A stretch of DNA of 64,000 nt from Vicinamibacteria bacterium (lineage in GTDB: Bacteria; Acidobacteriota; Vicinamibacteria; Vicinamibacterales; JAENWD01), in the NCBI GenBank assembly GCA_963828745.1, contig CAWHFZ010000019.1, positions 61,842 through 125,841 on the forward strand. The letters are read 5' to 3'. Of the stretch, positions 29,333 to 38,874 are shown piece by piece; position 1 is the stretch's first letter; every line of letters begins with the position of its first letter. Both the position numbers and the translations under genes were made by a program. The notes beneath the pieces are model-generated. The model was not told the origin of the DNA and searched no databases. It saw nothing but the letters and a program-made list of their open reading frames with translations.

Positions 29333-29809
29333 TCAGTCAATCTCGAAGATGCCTTCGATTTCGACGGCGATCGCGTGCGGCAGCGAAATGAATCCGACCG
29401 CGCTCCTGGCGCCGACGCCGCGATCCGGTCCCCAGATCTCCGCAAAGAGCTCCGAACAGCCGTTGATGACGGCCGGGTGTTCGCCGAACTCGGGCGTCGC
29501 CTGCACCATGCCAAGCAGCTTGACGACGCGAGAGACACGATCGAGGCTGCCCAGTACGGCCTTCAGAGACGAGAGGATCGCCAGACCGGTTTGCCGGGCG
29601 GCAGCACGTCCGGCGGCGACATCGAGATCGGCGCCGACGCGTCCCGAGATATAGCTGCCGTCCGAGCGGAGCGGCCCATGTCCCGAGACATACGCGAGAC
29701 GCCCGCTCAAAATGACGGGTTGGTAGACGCCCCCCGGTCCACGGGGCGTCGGCAGCTCCAGACCCAGTTCGACGATACGTTGTTCGGCGGTGCGGAGTGG
29801 GGACGACAT
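29333..29809 (-). CDS. RidA/YjgF family protein
   Basis: YVSGHGP, RVVKLLGMV, NGCSEL, GARSAVG..LP..VEIE. Confidence 0.92.
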   Translation of the reverse strand: MSSPLRTAEQRIVELGLELPTPRGPGGVYQPVILSGRLAYVSGHGPLRSDGSYISGRVGADLDVAAGRAAARQTGLAILSSLKAVLGSLDRVSRVVKLLGMVQATPEFGEHPAVINGCSELFAEIWGPDRGVGARSAVGFISLPHAIAVEIEGIFEID

Positions 29810-30035
29810 CCGGCGAATGATAGTGCACAAGTGGTCGGACAAGGAGTCCGGATCTTCGTGCAAGTGGGCGCTGCTCGCCTGCGGCCCGGCGCTATACTCG
29901 GCACGCCCCCCGATTTCCGAAACACTCTCGATACATCGCACGACTAGACTGACTGGGCCCTGGCGCGACGCGAATCCGATCGCGGCGACCGCCGCCTGAG
30001 TCGCGCCCCCCCGTCAGCGTTTCTGGAGGAGTAAC

Positions 30036-33000
30036 GTGAGAAGGCTGCTCTCAATTGCCGCCGCACTGTTCGTCTGTGCGGGGGCGGCGATTCCCGCTCA
30101 CGCGCAATCGCAAGCGACGACCGCACAGGTGAACGGCGTAGTCAGCGACAGTCAAGGCGCCGTGGTGCCTGGCGCCACCATCACCGTCACGAGCCAAGAG
30201 ACCGGCTATTCCCGCACGGCCGTGACCAACGCTGGCGGCTTCTATACGCTTTCACTCGTCCCGCCAGGGACGTACGAGCTCGGTATCGAGCTCTCGGGAT
30301 TCACCGCCGAGAAACGCACCATCATCCTCACCGTCGGCGCGACGCTGACTGCGAACGCGACGCTGCAGATCGGCGCCGTGGCCGAGACGGTGACGGTGAG
30401 GCAGGAGTCGCCGCTCGTCGAAACCAGTGCGACGGTGCGCACCACGACCGTCGACGATCAGGCGATCAAGAACCTGCCGATCAACGGCCGCCGGTTCCAG
30501 GACTTCATCGGCTCGACGCCGACCGTGCAGGTCGATCCCTCGCGCGGTCAGTTGTCCTTCGCAGGCCAGCGCGGCATCAACGCCAACGTCAGCGTGGATG
30601 GCGCCGACTACAACGAACCCTTCTTCGGCGGCATCCGCGGCGGCGAGCGGTCGAACAACGCGTTCACGGTCCCGCTCGAGTCGATTCAGGAATTCCAGGT
30701 CGTGGCGGCCGGCTATTCCGCCGAGTTCGGACGCTCCACCGGCGGGCTGGTCAACGCCGTCACGAAGTCGGGCACCAACCGGCTGCACGGCTCTGCGTTT
30801 TACGTCAATCGCAACCGTGACTGGGCCGAGAACAATGCATTCGGCCAGGCCGCGGCACCGACGCAGCAGCAGTTCGGTGGATCCGTCGGCGGACCGATCA
30901 GCAAGGACCGCGTGTTCTTCTTCGGAGCCTACGAGCAGCAGCTCTTCGAGAACACGCGGCAGGTCTTGTTCGACCGTCTCGCCGGGTTCACGCCGGTGCC
31001 GACGAGCCAGGAGGCGTTTGATTTCTTCAAGGGCCTGGAGGAGCCGTTCGACACGACGAACGACGCGCAGACGCTGCTCGGCCGCCTGGATTTCCAGCTC
31101 GCAGGGGCGAACCGTCTCAGCGTTCGCTACAGCTACAGCAACAACAAGGCACTCAACGCCAACGCGACAGGTAACGCGCTCGACCCGAACACGGTCAGCG
31201 CGCTGACCAACAACGGCACCGAGAAGGACAACACCAACACGCTGGTCGGGCAGTACACGAACGCGCTCGGTACGAGCCTGCTGTTCGAAGTCCGCGGCCA
31301 ATACGCGCGCGAGGATCGTCCGCGCGAAGCCAACGATCCCCTGCTGCCGACGGTGGAATCGGTGATCGGGCGGTGGGGGGCGGTGTCGTTTCTGCCCAAC
31401 AAGCAGTTCGACTGGCGCACGCAGGCGGCCGCGAACCTGACCTGGATTGCAGGAGCGCATTCGGTCAAAACCGGACTCGAGTACAACCACGTCTTCGTGG
31501 ACCAGACGTTCGGGTTCAACCAGTTCGGCCGGTTTCTGATCTCCGGTACTGACACAGCGACGCAACTCGACATCCTCAGCGGCGGCGGCATCATCGCCAA
31601 TCGCTTCGACTCGAGGGATGTCACCTATCTCCGGCAGCTGGGCAACCTGCGCCTCGACTTCGGAACCGACGAGATCGCGTTTTTTGCCCAGGATGCCTGG
31701 AAGCTTCTGCCGAACCTCACCATCAACTACGGCCTGCGCTGGGAAGGCGCGTCGAACCCGACACCGGAGGCGAACAACGACTTCATGCTCGATGCGCTCA
31801 GCGGCGTCACGTTTCCGCTGGGACGCACCGTCGATCCAACGCAGATTCCCGATCAGTACTCCCAGTTCGGTCCTCGGGTCGGCTTCGCGTGGGATCTGGG
31901 CAACGACGGCCGTAACGTCCTTCGCGGATATACGGGCATCTATTACGCACGAACCCCGGCGCTCCTTTGGGCCGCGCCGATGAACAACTTCCGCGTCCCC
32001 GCGGGCGACTTGTCGCTGCAGCTGCCGCTCACGGTGCCGGCTACCAATCCCAACAACACCGTCTACGATCAGCTGCAGCTGATTGGCATCGATCTCAATG
32101 ACTATGGCCTCGGCAATCTGCCCCAGATCACGCCCGAGCAGCTGACCGACGTCGCCGCGGCGCTCGGCCTCTCGGTGAATCCTTACTTCGGCGCGCAGCC
32201 GCTCGTCGTCGATCAGGACTACAAGAACCCGCGTGCAACGCAGGTCGGCGTCGGCTTCGAGCGGGAATTCGCGTCGGGAACTACCGGCGGCGCCGAGTAC
32301 ATCTACGTCAAGACCGATCACCTGCAGCGCAATCGTGAGCTCAATCTGCCGGCACCCACGATCCGTCCGGGCGATCTCGCCGAGCGCCCGTTTTTCGGCA
32401 TCGCGTCGGGTGTCCCGCGGCCGGTGACAACGCTGGGATCGGTGCAGGTGCGCGAGTCGACGGCCAAGTCCGAGTACAACGCGCTTGCGCTCACCGCCCG
32501 CGCCCGCAAGTCGTGGGGTCAGGTCTCGGTGAACTACGTGCTCAGCAAGTCGATGTCGGACGATGACAACGAGCGCGATTCGGGCGGACAGCTCGCGGCG
32601 AACTCGTTCGACATGGGCCCGGAGTGGGGACCGGCCCGCATGGACCGCCGCCATCAGTTCAACGGCTACGTGCTGTTCTTCCTGCCGCGCCACGTCGACG
32701 TGACGACCAGTTTCCGCGCGTTCTCAGGGCGGCCAATCGATGCGACGCTGGGCACCGATACCGGAGTCGGCAACGGCGATCGCATCAATACGGATCGGCC
32801 CTACAGCGCTCCGGGCGTGTCCTTCGAGCGCAACGCCTTCCGCAACGAGGCAATCAAGGAAGTCAACCTGCGGGCGCAGTGGGGCTTGAACTTCCTCGCT
32901 GACAAACGCGTCCTCTTCACCTTCGAGGCGTTCAATCTGTTCAACTGGGACAACATCGAGCTGTCGGGGACGCAGGTCACGAACTATTGCGCAGCGCCGA

Positions 33001-33155
33001 TCGCCTCCGACTGCGGATTCGGCGCACCGACGAATCCGAACTTCCTGCAGCTCACCGATCAGGTGCCGACGTCGGCCCGCGTCGGGAAGCTGCTGCTGAA
33101 CAATCTGCCGGGCAATCCGCGGCAGATTCAGCTGGGGATCAGGCTGCAATTCTGA
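30036..33155 (+). CDS. Oar-like TonB-dependent receptor with N-terminal carboxypeptidase-regulatory-like domain
   Basis: G.V.D..GAVVPGATIT, LPINGRRF, YSAEFGRSTGG..VTKSGTN, C-terminal RQIQLGIRLQF. Confidence 0.93.
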   Translation: MRRLLSIAAALFVCAGAAIPAHAQSQATTAQVNGVVSDSQGAVVPGATITVTSQETGYSRTAVTNAGGFYTLSLVPPGTYELGIELSGFTAEKRTIILTVGATLTANATLQIGAVAETVTVRQESPLVETSATVRTTTVDDQAIKNLPINGRRFQDFIGSTPTVQVDPSRGQLSFAGQRGINANVSVDGADYNEPFFGGIRGGERSNNAFTVPLESIQEFQVVAAGYSAEFGRSTGGLVNAVTKSGTNRLHGSAFYVNRNRDWAENNAFGQAAAPTQQQFGGSVGGPISKDRVFFFGAYEQQLFENTRQVLFDRLAGFTPVPTSQEAFDFFKGLEEPFDTTNDAQTLLGRLDFQLAGANRLSVRYSYSNNKALNANATGNALDPNTVSALTNNGTEKDNTNTLVGQYTNALGTSLLFEVRGQYAREDRPREANDPLLPTVESVIGRWGAVSFLPNKQFDWRTQAAANLTWIAGAHSVKTGLEYNHVFVDQTFGFNQFGRFLISGTDTATQLDILSGGGIIANRFDSRDVTYLRQLGNLRLDFGTDEIAFFAQDAWKLLPNLTINYGLRWEGASNPTPEANNDFMLDALSGVTFPLGRTVDPTQIPDQYSQFGPRVGFAWDLGNDGRNVLRGYTGIYYARTPALLWAAPMNNFRVPAGDLSLQLPLTVPATNPNNTVYDQLQLIGIDLNDYGLGNLPQITPEQLTDVAAALGLSVNPYFGAQPLVVDQDYKNPRATQVGVGFEREFASGTTGGAEYIYVKTDHLQRNRELNLPAPTIRPGDLAERPFFGIASGVPRPVTTLGSVQVRESTAKSEYNALALTARARKSWGQVSVNYVLSKSMSDDDNERDSGGQLAANSFDMGPEWGPARMDRRHQFNGYVLFFLPRHVDVTTSFRAFSGRPIDATLGTDTGVGNGDRINTDRPYSAPGVSFERNAFRNEAIKEVNLRAQWGLNFLADKRVLFTFEAFNLFNWDNIELSGTQVTNYCAAPIASDCGFGAPTNPNFLQLTDQVPTSARVGKLLLNNLPGNPRQIQLGIRLQF

Positions 33156-33166
33156 TTGCGCAGCTC

Positions 33167-33300
33167 GCCAACCCGGGCAACCTTGCCAACCCGGGAAACC
33201 GGGGCAACTCGGGCAACCTGAGTAACCGCTGGTTGCCCGGTTACCCAGGTTACCCAGGTTCCCGGGGCATCGTTACGCCGGTTGCTCGAGTTGCGATGGT
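33167..33300. repeat. Inverted short-tandem-repeat cassette, CAACC/GGTTR core with 9-bp unit
   Basis: About 7 units gccaacccg/ggcaacctt..., then about 6 inverted units ggttgccc/ggttaccca...; between convergent stops. Confidence 0.88.
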
Positions 33301-33932
33301 TAGTGGTTGGCTTGCGCGAGATTCTTTGCGAGAAGCAAATCGCCCTTCGCACCTTCCTGCGCGGTCTTCAAGTGGTTCGCGTGCGCGTTCCCCCCGGTCA
33401 TGAGCGAGGCGGCGAATGCGACCGCGGGGTCGCCGCCTCGCAACGCAAGGCTCCGCTCGACCATCGCCCTGCCATCGATGGCTGATGCCAGCGAGCCGAC
33501 GCCTGGACTGATCGCGTCCGCCTGCTTGTAGCTTTCCGCGAGATAGCCGGCATCGAACAGCGAAAGCGCATCGGCGTGGCCGTCAGCCGCCGCCTTCCTG
33601 GCGCGCGCGAGCAGAGCGTTCAGCAGTGCGTCTGCGGCCGGCCGGTCGGTCATCGCGTAGATCGCCGCGCGACGCAGGGTCTCCATTCGCACCAGCACCG
33701 GCGTCGTGTCGGTCAGCAGCGCCAGGGTGTCCGACGTCAGCTGCGAGCGATCGTAGGTATCGACGTCGCCCCTCCAGTTCGGTCCCACGTTCCACGGCAG
33801 CGACGAGGCCGTGCCGATGTCGAACCGCGAACAGATCAGCGGTGGTCCAGCAAGTGCGGGCACGACCGCCGCAGCGACGAGAACCGCGGGCAGCGTGCGG
33901 CGGAACATCTTCAGGATCGTGCGATGCTTCAT
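33300..33932 (-). CDS. Secreted hypothetical helical protein
   Basis: RBS GGAGG before ATG; signal peptide ending ALA-G; downstream of ECF/FecR pair. Confidence 0.75.
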   Translation of the reverse strand: MKHRTILKMFRRTLPAVLVAAAVVPALAGPPLICSRFDIGTASSLPWNVGPNWRGDVDTYDRSQLTSDTLALLTDTTPVLVRMETLRRAAIYAMTDRPAADALLNALLARARKAAADGHADALSLFDAGYLAESYKQADAISPGVGSLASAIDGRAMVERSLALRGGDPAVAFAASLMTGGNAHANHLKTAQEGAKGDLLLAKNLAQANH

Positions 33933-33971
33933 GGCAGCCTCCACGCAACGAAGCGATCGTTGCTAAGAGGG

Positions 33972-33999
33972 AGACGGCGCCGCGGCGGATGATGTTAAC
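33972..33999 (-). promoter_or_regulatory. Candidate ECF promoter GTTAACATC-N14-CGTCT (copy 2)
   Basis: Same boxes and spacing as the motif upstream of the sigma gene. Confidence 0.7.
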
Positions 34000-35011
34000 G
34001 CCACTCCCTCTTCCAGGTTCGCCACCAGCTCGTCGTCCCCAGCCCGAGCTCGTCCCACCACGCATCGAGCATCCGCCGGTCGCCGGCTACGATGCCGGCA
34101 CGCGTTACGGAGGCCGGCGGCGCGGCGAATGCCGCAAGCCTGTCGAACACTCGGCTACGATCGCCGGGATCCACGCGCCGCAACAGGTGCCAGAGCGTGA
34201 TCGCGTCGCGGTTCGTCGCCTGTGCAAGCACATCGTCGAGTGCCAGCTTCCGTCGAGCGGGCTCGCCGAAGTCCACGAGCAAGAGATTCGCTGCGAAGCC
34301 CGCCGGTGCTCCGGTGAAGTAGGGCGTGCCTGGCCCCGCGCCGACGCGCGTGCGGCAGCGTGCGCCGGCGGGGATGAACGACTCGCGGCCGCGGTGCTCG
34401 AACGCGACCCAGCCGGCGGTGACGTCGATGATTCCGTTGCCATCCCGATCCACCTGCAGGGTGTAGGCGCATCCGAGATCAATCGCCGTGGAAGAAGGCG
34501 TTTCGACGAAGAATTCGCCGGGCGGCGCCCAGATCAGCGCATGCACGGTGCCCCGGTCGAGTGACAGGCGATGGTTGCCGGCGCTCGTGTCGAGCAGCCG
34601 TACGCGAGTGCGCGGTTCCACCTCCACCAGCCCGATCTCGCCGACCCGCACGGTCGCGCGCGCAGTCCGATCCGTCTCGAGCCATTGGCCTACGGCGAGC
34701 CGGCCTTCTTCTCTCACCGGTGCCGCGTCGATCACCGGGAGCCCCGCGACACGCTGGATCGCCCAGCCCGGCCGATCGACGCGCTGCATCTGCCACAGCG
34801 CGCCGGCGCACGCACACAACAACGACGCCGCCACCGCGAGATAAACCGTTGAAAGTCGAAATGATCCGCGCGGGTGACGAGCGGCCGGCTCCCACTGGAG
34901 CGCATCCACTGAAGACGACGCCGTGGAGCGAAATCGTCCGAGCAACAGCTCCAGACGCTCGATCTCTGGATCGGGTCGTGCGCGCGGATCCCACAGGTAG
35001 TCATCAGCCAC
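33995..35011 (-). CDS. FecR-domain anti-sigma factor with C-terminal helical extension
   Basis: DDYLWD N-terminus, one TM, beta-rich LSLDRGTVHA..FFVETPS..AIDLGCAY; overlaps the sigma stop. Confidence 0.8.
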   Translation of the reverse strand: MADDYLWDPRARPDPEIERLELLLGRFRSTASSSVDALQWEPAARHPRGSFRLSTVYLAVAASLLCACAGALWQMQRVDRPGWAIQRVAGLPVIDAAPVREEGRLAVGQWLETDRTARATVRVGEIGLVEVEPRTRVRLLDTSAGNHRLSLDRGTVHALIWAPPGEFFVETPSSTAIDLGCAYTLQVDRDGNGIIDVTAGWVAFEHRGRESFIPAGARCRTRVGAGPGTPYFTGAPAGFAANLLLVDFGEPARRKLALDDVLAQATNRDAITLWHLLRRVDPGDRSRVFDRLAAFAAPPASVTRAGIVAGDRRMLDAWWDELGLGTTSWWRTWKREWR

Positions 35012-35600
35012 GAGGCGCCACTCCTTCGAGGCGTGCGCGCAACAGCTTCATCCCTCGATGCAGGTTCACTCGGACCGATGCGGGGGTGAGGCCGGTACGA
35101 TCGGCAATTTCCTGGCCGCTCATGCCTTCCACCAGCCGCAGGACGAGCGGTTCGCGATAAGCGTGCGGCAGCGAACGGATGACGTCGAGGATGGCCCGCG
35201 CCTCGCCGTCGTCCAATGCCGCCGCAGGAACATCGTCGGCGAGCGGCAGATGATCCGGCGCGTGGCGGCGGTAATAATCGGCCGCCCGGTGACGGGCGAT
35301 GACGGCCAGCCAACCCGGGAAGGCGGCCGCTTCCCGCAGCGAGTCCAGCCTGCGCATGGCGACCAGAAAGACATCCTGGACGAGATCGTCCACGTCCGTC
35401 CGTGGCACCGATGCCAGCAGCAGGCCGTGGACCAGGCGCGCGTAGCGGACGTACAGCTCGGCAAACGCCGAGCGGTCTCCGCGCCTCGCGGCTTCGACGA
35501 CGGCGCAGTCCCCAGTCTGGTCCGGCAGCGTTTCGTCCGTCCGCGCGCCGGCTTCGAACCCGGTGGGCGCCACTACCGCCAGCTCCACGGCATTCGCCAC
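35004..35600 (-). CDS. ECF RNA polymerase sigma factor
   Basis: GDRSAFAELY, DDLVQDVF, FPGWL..IARH, LP..YRE..GMSGQEIA..SVRVNLHRG; start uncertain. Confidence 0.92.
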   Translation of the reverse strand: MANAVELAVVAPTGFEAGARTDETLPDQTGDCAVVEAARRGDRSAFAELYVRYARLVHGLLLASVPRTDVDDLVQDVFLVAMRRLDSLREAAAFPGWLAVIARHRAADYYRRHAPDHLPLADDVPAAALDDGEARAILDVIRSLPHAYREPLVLRLVEGMSGQEIADRTGLTPASVRVNLHRGMKLLRARLEGVAPRG

Positions 35601-35624
35601 GGTCCCGCTCGCAATTGTTTCTCT

Positions 35625-35652
35625 AGACGCAGCCAGGGGAGCCGATGTTAAC
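35625..35652 (-). promoter_or_regulatory. Candidate ECF promoter GTTAACATC-N14-CGTCT (copy 1)
   Basis: AAC-N17-CGT geometry typical of ECF promoters, ~25 nt upstream of the sigma start. Confidence 0.7.
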
Positions 35653-35662
35653 AGCCGATGGC

Positions 35663-36244
35663 TCAGAAGGAGTACGCGATCAGGGCCGCGTCGTGCAGCG
35701 ACCCCTGGCACGTCCGGGAAGCGGTGCCACCGACTTCGGCGGCAACGCGGAGACCCGTTTCGACGCCGCGCCGCGTCTCGAACTTGGTGCCGAGGCGCCG
35801 CACGTCGCTGCCGCGCGCCACGGAGAGCAAGAGGAGATTGGTTCCCTCGAGCTGTTCGCGAACGTGTTCCATCTCGTGCGCGATGAGCTCGATCACATCA
35901 GCAGTGGTGTACAGACGGACTGCCGCGACGCGCTGGCCCCCCGCGAACGAACGCACCTCGGTCACTGCCCGGACCCGCTTAGTTCGGTCCGGTACGAGCT
36001 CGATGCTGACCCGGACGTCGTGGCGGCCGGCGATCGTCGAGTACGTCTGACGAAAGGTGGGCGAACGCGAGAGCATGGTCGCGACGCATGGCTGGAGCGG
36101 AAAGCCGACGCGGATATTGCTGGCAACGTTTCTGGCGACGAACCGGTCGGGTTGAGAGTGCGGCGTCGTCGTGCGCGCGGCCGCGCATGCGGTCACAAGC
36201 GTCGCCGCGCCGATCGCCAGGCACAACATCCCGGGGTTGGCCAC
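35663..36244 (-). CDS. Hypothetical exported protein with HEXXH motif
   Basis: Hydrophobic leader with possible lipobox (LVTAC); IAHEMEHVREQLEG. Confidence 0.6.
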   Translation of the reverse strand: MANPGMLCLAIGAATLVTACAAARTTTPHSQPDRFVARNVASNIRVGFPLQPCVATMLSRSPTFRQTYSTIAGRHDVRVSIELVPDRTKRVRAVTEVRSFAGGQRVAAVRLYTTADVIELIAHEMEHVREQLEGTNLLLLSVARGSDVRRLGTKFETRRGVETGLRVAAEVGGTASRTCQGSLHDAALIAYSF

Positions 36245-36389
36245 ACACGCCTCCCGCCACGACCATCGCGACGAGCGTCGGACCGGATGACGATCGGCCG
36301 TTCGTGCACGAGGGTTGTTGCCTGAAAGAGACGAAAGATCTGCGCCCGGTGTTTGGGGATCGACTGAAATCCCGGGGATGAAGTGACCG

Positions 36390-38018
36390 TTACGCGTCGG
36401 CCATGAACGGGTAGCGGTAATCGAGGGACGGGCTGAACGTCTCCTTGACCGTCCGCGCGTTCACCCAGCGAACGAGGTTGAGCTTCGACCCGGCCTTGTC
36501 ATTGGTGCCTGACGCGCGCGCGCCGCCGAACGGTTGTTGTCCGACGACCGCGCCGGTGGGCTTGTCGTTGATGTAGTAGTTGCCGGCCGCGTAGCGGAGC
36601 GCGGCGCCGGCCTCGCGGAGGGCCGCCCGATCGCGCGCGAACACGGCGCCGGTCAGTGCATACGGCGACGTACTATCGACGAGCGAGAGCGTCTCGAGCC
36701 AGCGGCTGTCGTCGAACGTGTGGGCGGTGACGACCGGGCCGAAGATCTCTTCACGCAGCAATCGATAGCCGGGATCGTCGGTCTCGACAAGCGTGGGCGC
36801 GATGAAATAGCCGACGCGATCGTCCGTCGTGCCGCCCGCCAGGACCTTCGCATGCTGCCGCGCGTCCTCGACGTAGCCACGGATCTTGTCGAAGGCCTTC
36901 CGATCGATCACGGCGCCCATGAAGTTGCGGAAGTCGCGCGGGTCGCCCATCTGCAGCTCGCCGATCATCGCGATGACACGATCGCGCACGTCGGACCAGA
37001 TCGATTTCGCGACGTAGATCCGGCTCGCGGCGGAGCATTTCTGGCCTTGATACTCGAAGGCGCCGCGGACGATGGCCACAGCCAGCGCCTGCGGATCGGC
37101 GCTCGGGTGCGCGATGATGAAATCCTTGCCGCCCGTCTCGCCGACGATGCGCGGATAGCCACGATAGGAGGAGAGGCCTCCCGCGATCGTCTGCCACATC
37201 GAGTTGAAGACGCCTGTACTGCCGGTGAAGTGCACGCCGGCGAGATCGCGATGCGCGAGTAGTGCATTCGAGATCATCACCGCGTCGCCGGGCACGAAGT
37301 TGATGACGCCCGGAGGCAGCCCCGCCTCCTCGAGGAGACGATAGATGTAATAGGCGCTCAGGACCGCAGCAGACGCCGGCTTCCAGACGACGGTGCAGCC
37401 CATGAGCGCCGGTGCCGTCGGGAGATTGCCACCGATGGCGGTGAAGTTGAACGGAGTAATCGCGTAGACGAACCCCTCCAGGCCGCGATACTCGAGTTGA
37501 TTCCACATCGAGTGGTCGGACACCGGCTGCTCGCTGTACAGCTCCTGCGCGTAGGCGGCGTTGTAGCGCCAGAAGTCGATCAGCTCGCACGCCGCATCGA
37601 TCTCCGCTTGAAACACCGTCTTCGACTGGCCCAGCATCGTCGCTGCATTCAACGTCGGTCGCCAGGTGGTCGTCAGGAGCTCGGCAGCCTTCAGGAAGAC
37701 CGCGGCGCGATCCTCCCACGGCCATGCGGCCCAGTCGTGCCGCGCGGCGAGGGCCGCGTCGATCGCCTGCTGCACTTCGGACTCCGTCGCCTGGTGGGCA
37801 TCGGCGAGGACGTGATGGTGATCGTGCGGCATCACCGCCTGGATCGTTCGCCCGGTGCGGATCTCGCGGCCGCCAATGATGATCGGGATGTCGATGCGCT
37901 CGTCGGACATCGTGGCCAGCCGCGCTTTGATCTCGTCGCGCTCGCGCGACCCGACGGCATACGCTCTGGGCGGTTCGTTGACGGGTGTGGGGACGTTGCG
38001 GCGGCCGTTGAAGGACAT
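36390..38018 (-). CDS. pruA: L-glutamate gamma-semialdehyde (P5C) dehydrogenase
   Basis: EIDAACELIDF, PFNFTAIGGNL, GETGGKDF, FEYQGQKCSA, YINDKPTGAVVGQQPFGG. Confidence 0.95.
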   Translation of the reverse strand: MSFNGRRNVPTPVNEPPRAYAVGSRERDEIKARLATMSDERIDIPIIIGGREIRTGRTIQAVMPHDHHHVLADAHQATESEVQQAIDAALAARHDWAAWPWEDRAAVFLKAAELLTTTWRPTLNAATMLGQSKTVFQAEIDAACELIDFWRYNAAYAQELYSEQPVSDHSMWNQLEYRGLEGFVYAITPFNFTAIGGNLPTAPALMGCTVVWKPASAAVLSAYYIYRLLEEAGLPPGVINFVPGDAVMISNALLAHRDLAGVHFTGSTGVFNSMWQTIAGGLSSYRGYPRIVGETGGKDFIIAHPSADPQALAVAIVRGAFEYQGQKCSAASRIYVAKSIWSDVRDRVIAMIGELQMGDPRDFRNFMGAVIDRKAFDKIRGYVEDARQHAKVLAGGTTDDRVGYFIAPTLVETDDPGYRLLREEIFGPVVTAHTFDDSRWLETLSLVDSTSPYALTGAVFARDRAALREAGAALRYAAGNYYINDKPTGAVVGQQPFGGARASGTNDKAGSKLNLVRWVNARTVKETFSPSLDYRYPFMADA

Positions 38019-38035
38019 GCGATGATCTTAACAAG

Positions 38036-38569
38036 ATGTCGACGCCACTTCCTGAAGCCTGGCTGCGCGGTCCGGTTCCCGGGATTCCCGCGCTCCTGAA
38101 CCCCGCCGCGCACGCGCTGCAACACGCCGCCGCCGACGCGGCGCAGGCGCTCGCCGGCCTGCCCCACGCTCTCCTCTGGCGGAGATTGGGCGACGCCGCA
38201 TCGGTCGGCTATCACCTCCGCCACCTGATTGGCGCACTCGATCGCCTGCTGACGTATGCGAGGGGGGAATCATTGACGCCCGCTCAGCTCCAGGCGATGG
38301 CGGCGGAGGCGGAGCCTGGCGATCCGGCACCCTCCGCCGAACATCTGCTCTCAGATGTGAACGCGGCTGTCGATCGCGCGCTCGAACAACTCCGTGCGAC
38401 ACAGGAATCCACCTTGCTCGACGCGCGGGGTGTCGGCCGGCGGCACGTGCCGTCCACCGTCATCGGTCTGATCTTTCATGCCGCCGAACATTCGGCGCGC
38501 CACGCGGGCCAGGCGATTTCGACGGGGAAACTTCTGAGGATTGCGGATCGCGGATTGCGGATTGATTGA
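38036..38569 (+). CDS. DinB family protein
   Basis: EAWLRGP, SVGYHLRHL, FHAAEHSARHAGQ histidine pattern. Confidence 0.85.
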   Translation: MSTPLPEAWLRGPVPGIPALLNPAAHALQHAAADAAQALAGLPHALLWRRLGDAASVGYHLRHLIGALDRLLTYARGESLTPAQLQAMAAEAEPGDPAPSAEHLLSDVNAAVDRALEQLRATQESTLLDARGVGRRHVPSTVIGLIFHAAEHSARHAGQAISTGKLLRIADRGLRID

Positions 38570-38620
38570 AGATTGCGGATTGATTGTCGCTTGCGGAGGA
38601 ATCAATTGCGATTGCGGATC
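38539..38620. repeat. Degenerate 7-bp tandem repeat (GATTGCG)
   Basis: gattgcg-gatcgcg-gattgcg-gattgat...; overlaps the last codons of the DinB gene. Confidence 0.75.
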
Positions 38621-38674
38621 GGGTTCGAGAGAGAGCGCGGTCGGGGGCGCGCTGCGAACGCGAGGTGCATTGCA

Positions 38675-38767
38675 GCCCGGACGGGAAGCGAGGGTGAATG
38701 GTTGAAGTCGCGTGCTCAGGACCGTAGGGTTCGAGCGCGGCGCAATTCCCGAGCTTCCCGTCCAGGC
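38675..38767. other. Extended hairpin, candidate structured RNA or element
   Basis: 15-bp inverted repeat with 1 mismatch (38675-38689/38753-38767) enclosing an inner stem-loop. Confidence 0.4.
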
Positions 38768-38874
38768 CATTGATGGCCCGGTGGATCAACGCTCACGAAG
38801 ACCTCCTTCGGAGGTGTCTACGCGCACTATCGATCCGCTCCAGAGGGATGTCAAGCGAAAGAAAACTGGTTGGA

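Noticed and set aside
30252-32693. Long antisense ORFs (also 21722..23068, 27673..29391, 11389..12825)
   Set aside because: Typical high-GC shadow frames opposite well-supported genes, with no motifs
38640-38820. 6S RNA
   Set aside because: The hairpin is shorter than expected, and the usual zapA/ygfA-type context is absent; left as an unassigned structure
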